From: a virus
DNA: 64,000 bases
Virus record (IMG/VR): IMGVR_UViG_3300025913_000021
Span: 85,261-149,260 of that record
Strand: one strand, 5' to 3'
Shown: positions 25,919 to 34,032 of the stretch, in pieces
Layout: the number at the start of each line of letters is the position of its first letter
Position numbering within the stretch: position 1 is the first letter of the stretch
Made by a program: the position numbers and the translations under genes
Notes under the pieces: model-generated
Told to the model about the DNA's origin: nothing
The model's database searches: none
What the model saw: only the letters and a program-made list of their open reading frames with translations

Positions 25919-28900
25919 CTCGGGATGCTTGCGCCGTCCAGGTGGATCGTGTCGGTGGTCAGCGAGTCCACGATGTCGATCGTGTTGTAGTACGAGTGCA
26001 GCGTCCGTGTGACGTACGCGCCAGCCACGCCGTCGTAGGCGGTGATGGGCATGTAGCAGTGCTGCGTGTCGGGACGCATGTCGCTGTCGAGTTCGCAGAT
26101 CACGGCCCCGGCCGTCCCTCCGGTGATCGACCCGTGCAACCGGATCCGGTCACCCTCGATAGACCATGAGGGAGCGTCGAGGGCCGTCCAGCCGTTCAGG
26201 AGCATGAGCGGCACGCGGGTCTCGCGCAGGTAGTTGGTTCGGATGCGCGTCCATTGCTGCGCCTCGTAGATCGCGAGGTTGCTGATCTGCACCGGACCAG
26301 TGGTGCCACTGTCCCCCGTGGAGCCGCCCAGGAAGAAGTAGCCGCCCTCGTACGAGGTGCTGTCCAGGTAGGCGTAGCTGGTGAACAGCTTCGTGCCGTC
26401 CATGTAGATCGACAACTGGAAGCTGCCCGGCTGCTGGAGGCTGTCCAGTGAGAGGCGGATGTCCCAGTGGTGACTGCCGGTCGTGTACGCCGAGCCGGGC
26501 TGCGGACTGGCCCCGAAGAAGCCACTGCTGCCGACGTGCGACATCCCGACCGTCGGCTCGAAGGCGAAGAAGTTGCCGGTCTCGTTGCCCGCGCCATACG
26601 CACCGCTCGCTCCGCGCGCCAGCGGCAGCGACCCGGCCCATGCCTTGTACGGCGGCGTACCGATGTCACTCAGGAGCGAGGCCGAACTGAACCAGCCGAA
26701 CGAGAAGCCGCTGGCTGCATCGGGAACGTCCGCATCGAAGCTGATGTGCAGCCCATCCATCGCGAGCCGATTGATGTGCACCATGAGGCCCGCGCTCGCA
26801 TCCGAGCTGGTGGTCAGTGAGGCCACACCGGAGCTGTCGAGAGTGGCGTCCTGGACGTGGAGCCAGAAGCTGTCGTCGGAGCCGTCGGTGGGCCAGTGCT
26901 GCATCGCTGCGGTCCCCGGCTGCCACTGTCCGCCGCCGTCGTCCCATACCGCTCGCAGCAGACCGCCCTGGTGATGCACGAAGTCGCTCTTGAAGATCGA
27001 GCCGGTGATGGTGCCGTAGAAGCCCATGTCCACAAGACCGCGAGCGGTACCGCCGCCACCGCCGCCGCTGTCCGTGCCGTCGGTGATCATGTTCCACACG
27101 CCGCCGACGCTCACGTAGAGCGCGTAGTTCGCCAGGTCGATGGCCAGTACCCGGTCGGGCACGGTGACCGAGGGGGCACCGTAGGAGACGATCGGCGTCA
27201 GCGGCTGCCACTGACCGTCCCCGAACGAGCCGTAGAGCAGGCTCGCGTTGAGGTCGAGCCAGACGCTGCCGACCGGCGCAATGCCAATCGGAGGGCCACT
27301 GCTGACGTGCGTGGTCGGCTTCTGTTGCCAGCCGCTCGGCGCGATCGAGTCGGCCAAGATCACATGAGAGAGACCGAGCGAGGCGTCGGCACAGGCAGAG
27401 CCATTGCCCATGTGCCACCCGATGCACCCGCCACCGAAGTCCTGGGTCATCGGCGGGAGGTGGAACACGCCCAGCGGGATCGGGTTGCCGGGATCGCCCG
27501 CGTCGTAGAGGCACATCGTGTTGCCGGAGCAGATCACTCGCAGGTTCCGGAGACCGCCAGTCGTGCCCGGCATCGAGGTGGTGCCGTAACCGATGACCGA
27601 GTGCACGCCGCCCACGAGCAAACGGATGGTCATCTGTTCCGTGTTCGGATTCATCTCCAGGTAGATGCCGTTGAGCCCATCGTCGCTGGTGCGCAGCAAC
27701 GGCCCGTGCATGGAGCCGAGGTCGGTGACGTTCTGCCAGGCGAACGTCACGTCGATGTCGTGAGCACGAATGTCGCTGATGATCGACGCCAGCCCCCCGG
27801 TGTCCCCGGACTCGAAGCGCAGTAGCGGAGGTCCGAGGGTGAGCGTCGTACCCCACACCGACGAACCGACCGGCGTCCACGGCTCGGCACCGCGCCAGGC
27901 ACTGAGATCCACGACGCTCGGCGATTCAGCCGGTACGCCACCGCTGATCGCAGCAAAGACGAGCTGCGTCGTCACGCCACGCATGACACCCATGCCGACC
28001 GGAGCCGAGGAGCCGATCGAGGTCCAGTACAGGTTGGTGTCGCTGGCACAGCTCGCGCTGTTGGCCATGAAGCCCGAGTTGTTGCCCCGTGCAATCCCTG
28101 GAGTGAGCGAGAAGCTCTCGTAGGCGACCGTGTAGGGCGCACCGCCCGGATCGGGGCGCACCCAGACGCGCAGCACGTCCTCGTACAGGCTGACCCATGC
28201 GTCCGGCGTCGTGTTGGCGACGAGAGGGTCACCGAACGTGCCAAGCGAAGTGAGAGCACCGCTCTCGATTCGGTACATCGTCGGCGAGGCACCGGGTGTG
28301 AGTGACAGGTACCAACCGTTCTTGCCGTCGGCGGTCGCGCCGATCACCGCACCCGCGTCCACCCCGTCAGCTCCGAGGTGCATCGCGAACACGAGCTGAT
28401 GCTCGATGCCACCGAAGGGCCGCAGCACCTGGGCCTGATTGGTGAGCGGGTCGGTCGAGGTGACCATCGCGGCCGACACGGGTCGCCCGTCGTAGTGGCT
28501 CGGGGTGCCGAAGCCACCTTGGACGGTCGTCCACTGCGTGACCCCGAGCGCCAGGGCCTGCGCATCGCTGGTGGTCTCGGTCGAGGGTCCGATAATCGAC
28601 GCTCCACTGGCACCTGCGGAATCGTCGCCCGTGAAGTCGGTCTGCTGGAAGTAGCTGCTACCGGTGAAGGTGAACTCACCGCGCGTGCGCACGTACACCT
28701 GATCGCCGGGCACGAACACGTCGCCGTCGGGCGGGGGCAGGCGGTCCATCGACGCCAGTGCGGCCCGGAAGCGCCGCACGATGTCGGCCGTGAGTGCACC
28801 CTTGATCATCGTTCCCGAGAGGTGCGCCTGTGCCGTGGTCCCCAGCTCGCCACGAACCACCGCGAGGGTCAGTGTCGTGAAATCGACGCTCGTCAGTTTC

Positions 28901-29196
28901 ACTATCTCGAACGTCGCCGGGTGCACGAGATCCGACTCGATGGTCAGGTACAGCGGAGCCTTCGCCAGCTCCGCATCGGTCGGGAACGTGCTCACGTCGT
29001 CCACGACGATCGAGGTCACCGCGTCGTCGATGTCACCGTCCAAGGTGGCGAACACGAAGTCGCGCACCAGCGGCACGGTCGGCGTCGGCACCACCTGTGC
29101 TGGGGTCGTGTCCAGCGGTGGGCCCGGCGCAGTCGAGAACGTGATCGTGCCACCCGTGACGGTGGCACTAGCCGGGACGAGGGTGAGCGTGGCCAT
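25909..29196 (-). CDS. tail fibre / receptor-binding protein
   Basis: N-terminal EIVK.T...LAVVRG..GTTAQAH anchor, lectin-like beta domains, C-terminal LLNGW...I.LHGSI.GG fibre tip. Confidence 0.75.
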   Translation of the reverse strand: MATLTLVPASATVTGGTITFSTAPGPPLDTTPAQVVPTPTVPLVRDFVFATLDGDIDDAVTSIVVDDVSTFPTDAELAKAPLYLTIESDLVHPATFEIVKLTSVDFTTLTLAVVRGELGTTAQAHLSGTMIKGALTADIVRRFRAALASMDRLPPPDGDVFVPGDQVYVRTRGEFTFTGSSYFQQTDFTGDDSAGASGASIIGPSTETTSDAQALALGVTQWTTVQGGFGTPSHYDGRPVSAAMVTSTDPLTNQAQVLRPFGGIEHQLVFAMHLGADGVDAGAVIGATADGKNGWYLSLTPGASPTMYRIESGALTSLGTFGDPLVANTTPDAWVSLYEDVLRVWVRPDPGGAPYTVAYESFSLTPGIARGNNSGFMANSASCASDTNLYWTSIGSSAPVGMGVMRGVTTQLVFAAISGGVPAESPSVVDLSAWRGAEPWTPVGSSVWGTTLTLGPPLLRFESGDTGGLASIISDIRAHDIDVTFAWQNVTDLGSMHGPLLRTSDDGLNGIYLEMNPNTEQMTIRLLVGGVHSVIGYGTTSMPGTTGGLRNLRVICSGNTMCLYDAGDPGNPIPLGVFHLPPMTQDFGGGCIGWHMGNGSACADASLGLSHVILADSIAPSGWQQKPTTHVSSGPPIGIAPVGSVWLDLNASLLYGSFGDGQWQPLTPIVSYGAPSVTVPDRVLAIDLANYALYVSVGGVWNMITDGTDSGGGGGGTARGLVDMGFYGTITGSIFKSDFVHHQGGLLRAVWDDGGGQWQPGTAAMQHWPTDGSDDSFWLHVQDATLDSSGVASLTTSSDASAGLMVHINRLAMDGLHISFDADVPDAASGFSFGWFSSASLLSDIGTPPYKAWAGSLPLARGASGAYGAGNETGNFFAFEPTVGMSHVGSSGFFGASPQPGSAYTTGSHHWDIRLSLDSLQQPGSFQLSIYMDGTKLFTSYAYLDSTSYEGGYFFLGGSTGDSGTTGPVQISNLAIYEAQQWTRIRTNYLRETRVPLMLLNGWTALDAPSWSIEGDRIRLHGSITGGTAGAVICELDSDMRPDTQHCYMPITAYDGVAGAYVTRTLHSYYNTIDIVDSLTTDTIHLDGASIPRWQ

Positions 29197-29588
29197 CAGA
29201 CCCCCGTGATCGTGAACGCCTGGCCGTTAGCGGTGAGCACCTCGGCGCTCAGCGTTTGGGTGGACCCGGCATCGACGCAGAACAGCGGTCGGCCGCTGTT
29301 GTCCAGTGCGATGGCGAAGCGCCAGTTCGCCACGCTCATCGCCGGGAAGGACAGCCCCTTGCTGCCCAGACCGTAGTTGCCGGTGTTGCCGGTGCCCGAG
29401 CTGTCGTTGGCGATCTCGCCAGTGCCGCGCGAGTACGAGGCGTCGGTGCACTCGGACGGCGTGATGTCGCTCAGCGCATGCGTCGCGCTGAACACGTAGG
29501 TGTCCACGGCCAGCAGCATCGAGATCGAGCCCCAGTCGCTCGCCGGGTTCGACTGGAAGAAGCTGTCATACAGGGAGACGTTGGTCAT
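29196..29588 (-). CDS. minor tail protein
   Basis: ATG at 29588 is coupled; EC...SYSRG motif resembles the neighbouring gene. Confidence 0.6.
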   Translation of the reverse strand: MTNVSLYDSFFQSNPASDWGSISMLLAVDTYVFSATHALSDITPSECTDASYSRGTGEIANDSSGTGNTGNYGLGSKGLSFPAMSVANWRFAIALDNSGRPLFCVDAGSTQTLSAEVLTANGQAFTITGV

Positions 29589-30025
29589 CAGGTCTCCTTC
29601 GCCACGAGCGATCCGGCCGAGAAGGATGGTCCTGGACCGGCGACGACGACCGTCGGGGTCAGGTCCGAGCCGTAGAGCACGTTGTCGGCGCTGGTCTTGG
29701 CGTTGCCGTCGCACAGGTAGAAGCTGCGCACCGTGCCGTAGCCCGAGCCGGTGACCGTCGGCCAGTTCGCGTCGAGCAGGTTGGCCTTCTGTCCCGTGCT
29801 GTCGGCCAGCGGCCAGAAGGTGCCGTCGTTGGGGACCTCGATGCGGTCGTAGGCGGTGCCGGTCCCGCTGACCTCGTTGGTGAGGATCGACGTGCCATCC
29901 GTACTGGCCGCGAACACCGCCGTGGACAGCGCGATCCACAGGTTGGTCGGCGGTGTCCAGATCGTCTGCCCGAGCGCGTGGTCGAGCAACGCCTTCTGGA
30001 GGTAGATGCACTTGCCGCTGGCCAT
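29588..30025 (-). CDS. minor tail protein
   Basis: LLDHALG...LWIALST...EVSG...YDR...WP....GTV family typical of tail proteins. Confidence 0.7.
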   Translation of the reverse strand: MASGKCIYLQKALLDHALGQTIWTPPTNLWIALSTAVFAASTDGTSILTNEVSGTGTAYDRIEVPNDGTFWPLADSTGQKANLLDANWPTVTGSGYGTVRSFYLCDGNAKTSADNVLYGSDLTPTVVVAGPGPSFSAGSLVAKET

Positions 30026-30032
30026 GTACGCC

Positions 30033-30554
30033 TCAGCTCTCGTTCCAGCCGAAGTGATAGTGGATCATCGTTGGGACGATCACTTCGGTACCTGTCTGCC
30101 CCAGTAGTGGCCCTTGCTCAACGAGACCGAAGTCGGTGACGTGAGCCTGGATCACGACCCACGGTGCGCGGTTCGTTCCCGGTTCCAGTAGCGCGGCGGA
30201 CACGTTCGCCCCGCTAGGTGAACTCGTCGGCACCGGGAGCGTGGCGATGGAGCTGGCGACGTTCACCGGCCGGTGGTAGGTATCGCTGATCCCGAAGCGC
30301 ACGTCCCACCCTGGCGGCAGCGCGAGGTTGTCCGCCCAGAACCGGATCGACTGGACCTCGCGGTCGCTCACGAACACGGCACGGATCCACCGCTCGAAGG
30401 AGTAGGGATGCCGCGCGGTCAGGATTCCGGCCTTGTATCCCTCGGCTGCCTGAATTGAATGCACGTCCAAACTCAGAAGGTGCACGAAATAGTCGGCCGG
30501 GGCGATCTTCATCTCCGACCCGATGGCCTCCTCGATGCTCACGTACGTGCTCAC
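30033..30554 (-). CDS. minor structural protein (paralogue of 30551..31069)
   Basis: YSFERWIR..IRFWADNL..PGW..F.WNES. Confidence 0.65.
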   Translation of the reverse strand: MSTYVSIEEAIGSEMKIAPADYFVHLLSLDVHSIQAAEGYKAGILTARHPYSFERWIRAVFVSDREVQSIRFWADNLALPPGWDVRFGISDTYHRPVNVASSIATLPVPTSSPSGANVSAALLEPGTNRAPWVVIQAHVTDFGLVEQGPLLGQTGTEVIVPTMIHYHFGWNES

Positions 30555-31069
30555 GACTCCTCCCAGGCGAACCGGAAGTCGAGATCACCGAACTGGAACA
30601 CCGTGTCGTCGTCGGCCGTCCACACCGCCTGGAGGACGAGCCAGGGCGTGTACTGCGTCGAGCTTCCGTCCAGGAGGTCGTCGAGCGGAGTGGTGCCGCT
30701 CAGCAGTGGGTAGAGGTTCGGCGCGTCCACCCCGGGGTCCTCGGTCGGCACCAAGGCGACCGCGATCTCACTTCGGCTGGTCGTCGGTTTCCGCCAGGTG
30801 AGGCTCGTACCCATCAGGAGCTGCCATCCCGGGTTGGGCGCGAGGTTGTCGATCCAGAAGCGCACGAGATGCGCCGAGCCTCCGGTCAGCCGCAGCCGCA
30901 GCCAGCGCTCGCAGGAGTAGGCGGGCAGCCCATTGAGGTTGCGTCGCAGCGGCGAGAGCGTCCCGGAGTGCTGGTCGGTGGCCATGATCTGAATGCTGGA
31001 CGTGACGACCTCGGAGTCGGGCCCTAGGCCGACCGCCTCCAGCACGTCCACCTGGGCGTCGTCGCTCAC
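30551..31069 (-). CDS. minor structural protein (paralogue of 30033..30554)
   Basis: YSCERWLR..VRFWIDNL..PGW..FAWEES. Confidence 0.65.
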   Translation of the reverse strand: MSDDAQVDVLEAVGLGPDSEVVTSSIQIMATDQHSGTLSPLRRNLNGLPAYSCERWLRLRLTGGSAHLVRFWIDNLAPNPGWQLLMGTSLTWRKPTTSRSEIAVALVPTEDPGVDAPNLYPLLSGTTPLDDLLDGSSTQYTPWLVLQAVWTADDDTVFQFGDLDFRFAWEES

Positions 31070-31734
31070 CAGAACCTCACCATCGGATCGCTGACGGCCC
31101 CGCCGATCTGACCGGTCGGCACGGCGTACACGTCGCGGTTGCTGAACTGCCCCTGCCCGGCGAGAGCCAGCCCAGACCGCACCGTGGCGAGCTTGAGCGC
31201 CGCACCGAAGCGCTGGAAGGTCGTGGCGAGGTGTAGGTACCCCATCGGCTCCGTGAGCGTCGGCAGACCCGCCAAGGCCCCGTCGTGGACGTAGTAGGAC
31301 TCGGCGCTGTAGATCGGGTTCGGGTCGGTGTAGGCCACCGTCGAGAACAGCTCCGGGACACGGGCGATGAAACGCACCAGTGGGCCCATGTCGGGGCCCC
31401 CGGCCTTCGCGTCCTCCGTGCTCACGTCGATGGCGTTGCCCGCCTGGTGCTCCGCGTGGTCCTTGAAGATCTCCCGCTCCACGTCGTAGACGTAGCCGCT
31501 CTCGTAGAGGAACTCCTTGAGCAGGCCACTGGCTCCCGGGGAGCTGCTCTTGAGCAGGCTCGGCCGGGCGCAGACCTGGGCGAGGTACTCGATGTCGATC
31601 TGCGGAACGATCGGGGTGTCACGGCCGCTGAGGTCGGTGACCGGCGTGGCGACGAACCCGGTCGTGTGTCCGAGCGTGAGCAGCGGCGGACTCGGCGGGG
31701 CATCGCCGATCGGGGTCACGAAGTTGTCGGTCAC
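31066..31734 (-). CDS. tail-associated protein with M15 peptidase-like motif
   Basis: EHQAGNAIDV (HxxGxAxD) plus downstream YLHL. Confidence 0.5.
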   Translation of the reverse strand: MTDNFVTPIGDAPPSPPLLTLGHTTGFVATPVTDLSGRDTPIVPQIDIEYLAQVCARPSLLKSSSPGASGLLKEFLYESGYVYDVEREIFKDHAEHQAGNAIDVSTEDAKAGGPDMGPLVRFIARVPELFSTVAYTDPNPIYSAESYYVHDGALAGLPTLTEPMGYLHLATTFQRFGAALKLATVRSGLALAGQGQFSNRDVYAVPTGQIGGAVSDPMVRFW

Positions 31735-32066
31735 AGCAGGTCCGCCTTGTGACGCCGGAAGATGACCGAGCCCTCGTCGGGCTGCGCGGTGCTGGTGACG
31801 TGGTAGTTCATGACCACGAGGCTCGCACGAGCACCCGCGTCCGGCGTGGTCCAGAAGTGGCTTGCGGCTGCGATCTTGTGCTCGATTCCGACGATCGTCA
31901 GATTGTCCGGCGTGCGAATGACCGGCACCCCGGCGGAGTACGGGGCCACGGGCGTGATCTCCAGCGGCAGGTTCGGCACCTCGGAGGCGTAGCGCCAGGT
32001 CTTGCCGTCGTCGCCACTGCTGGCCATCCAGATCGACCGCAGGCTCAGATCCTCGAAGTAGCTCAT
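31731..32066 (-). CDS. hypothetical tail protein
   Basis: ATG at 32066 is coupled. Confidence 0.55.
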   Translation of the reverse strand: MSYFEDLSLRSIWMASSGDDGKTWRYASEVPNLPLEITPVAPYSAGVPVIRTPDNLTIVGIEHKIAAASHFWTTPDAGARASLVVMNYHVTSTAQPDEGSVIFRRHKADLL

Positions 32067-33571
32067 GTCAACCGAGGCCCGTTGTTGGTCACGACGAAGT
32101 GCATCTGGCCGACCCGGTTGCAGTCGCGCAGCACCCGGAACCCTGCGTAACGCACCAGGCCCGACTGAGCTGGCTCCTCGCGCTGGTTCCAGATGTCGGT
32201 AGTGAACGGCCCGATCGAGCTGATCTTGTTGGCCGGTCGGTACCAGTCGTGATCGAAGGCGTAGCCCTCGGGGTTGAGCGACGGGAAGCGCCGCTGGCCC
32301 GACTCGAAGAACGGATCGTCGTCGAAGATCAGGTTCGGCACCGGCTGGTACTGGTGACGACCCCACTTCGCGGCGTAGATGTCGAACCGTGTTTTCGCCC
32401 CGAAGCCGTGCATGACGAAGTACCACAGCTCGGGCGCGCCGTAGTTCCCGCATCGCCACGGGTGCACGAGCACCGGCCCGAAGGCGTAGATGCCGTCAGG
32501 CAACGAGGTGGTCTGGTAGTAGGCGGCGAGCTGGCCGGTGACCTTGCGGTCTCCCGTGACCTGGTTCTGGAACATCGAGCCGAAGGTGCCGCTGCCGTCG
32601 TCGGCGAAGCCGAAGTAGCCACAGTCCGCGCCGTTGTCGGACACGTCGCCGAAGGTGGTCCAGATGAACGGCGTCGCATCGTCGGAAACGAAGAACTGGT
32701 GCTGCGATCCATTGTGGAAGCCCAGGTGCGGGATCATCACGCGCCAGTCGTCGGTCTCGTCGGTCGTGTCGAAGCTCTCCGAGATCCTGGTGACGGGAAC
32801 GCCGTCAGGACCGATGCGACGCACGGTGAGGCTCCCCGCCGAGTCGAGCCGGATCGGGAGGGTGCCTGACGAGTCGTACGTCGTGACGACGGTCTTGCGA
32901 TGCGAGCTGAACACGTAGACGTAATCGCCGAGCCGCTGTGATGCGAGGTCGGCCACGAGGTCCGCACTCCAGGCCCACGCGTCGGGAGGGATCGTCTCGA
33001 TCGGATCGAGCTGGACCTCCCACTGGGTCACGTAGTCGCGGATCGAACGCGACTGTGGGTGGAAGGCGAGCCGAATCGCCGGGAAGCCACCAGCGCTCTG
33101 GTCGCTCGTGAACACCGTCGCCCACATGCCGTTGTGCGGCCCCTTGCCATGACCAGCGGGTGTGAGGGCCAGTGCACTGATGCCGCCCGCGTCCGGGGCG
33201 TAGCGGTGGTTCAGGTTGATCGTGGGCGGAAAGGTTCCCGGGTCCGTCCTGTAGTGACGGAGCGGGTTGCTCAGGTTCGTGAACACGTCGGTCGTGCCGA
33301 ACGCTCCTGGCTGGGTGAAGATGCCATCGGTGATGTCGTCGGTCGGGTTGAGAGTGCTCAGTGACGGGTTCAACGCCCGCAGCTCGGTGACGGTGCTGCT
33401 GTAGCGCGTCGCCACCTCGGTCCAGGTCACCGGCTGCACGCCGAGGTAGGTGTCGGTGGTCAGGTAGGTGTGCGCGGGCAGGCCGTACACCCGGCGCGTG
33501 TAGAAGTTCTCGTTCGTCGGGACGATGGTGTCGATCAGTGGCGGCTTCGCCAGCCGGTAGTCCGAGCCCAT
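32063..33571 (-). CDS. tail protein with LysM-like domain
   Basis: TWTEVATRYSSTVTELRALNP; ATG at 33571. Confidence 0.65.
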   Translation of the reverse strand: MGSDYRLAKPPLIDTIVPTNENFYTRRVYGLPAHTYLTTDTYLGVQPVTWTEVATRYSSTVTELRALNPSLSTLNPTDDITDGIFTQPGAFGTTDVFTNLSNPLRHYRTDPGTFPPTINLNHRYAPDAGGISALALTPAGHGKGPHNGMWATVFTSDQSAGGFPAIRLAFHPQSRSIRDYVTQWEVQLDPIETIPPDAWAWSADLVADLASQRLGDYVYVFSSHRKTVVTTYDSSGTLPIRLDSAGSLTVRRIGPDGVPVTRISESFDTTDETDDWRVMIPHLGFHNGSQHQFFVSDDATPFIWTTFGDVSDNGADCGYFGFADDGSGTFGSMFQNQVTGDRKVTGQLAAYYQTTSLPDGIYAFGPVLVHPWRCGNYGAPELWYFVMHGFGAKTRFDIYAAKWGRHQYQPVPNLIFDDDPFFESGQRRFPSLNPEGYAFDHDWYRPANKISSIGPFTTDIWNQREEPAQSGLVRYAGFRVLRDCNRVGQMHFVVTNNGPRLT

Positions 33572-34032
33572 CAGAGATCGTCCGATGTGTAGGTGGTCAC
33601 GCCTCGGTAGGTGTTCGTCGTCGCCTGCACCTTGGTGTCCGTGCCCTGCCCGGCCGTGGTGCGCATCGTGGAACCCTCGAAGGTGAGCGTGAACTTGAGC
33701 CGGATCGTGTAGAGCATCGACTCGACCTTGAAGCCGACCTCCGCACCCGACCAGAGCCCAGCGGCAGTGCGCTGCCAGTTCAGCACGGTCGCCGTGGCCA
33801 GTGGCAGCTCGCCGACCTTGAGCGGGGTGATCGTCACGACGCCGAAGGAGAACGTCGGCTCGTCGATCATGTACGCCCCGAAGGCGATGGCCTGCTTGCC
33901 GGTGAGACGGCTCTCGCCGATGCCTGAGGTCTTGACGGTGAAACGGACGCGCGCCGGTCTCGGCACGGCCTGGTTCGTCTCCCGGGCTCGCGCCGCCTGG
34001 CGATTGAGGTGGTGGTGGATCGCGGAGGTCAT
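33571..34032 (-). CDS. minor tail protein
   Basis: ATG at 34032 is coupled to the upstream stop. Confidence 0.6.
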   Translation of the reverse strand: MTSAIHHHLNRQAARARETNQAVPRPARVRFTVKTSGIGESRLTGKQAIAFGAYMIDEPTFSFGVVTITPLKVGELPLATATVLNWQRTAAGLWSGAEVGFKVESMLYTIRLKFTLTFEGSTMRTTAGQGTDTKVQATTNTYRGVTTYTSDDL

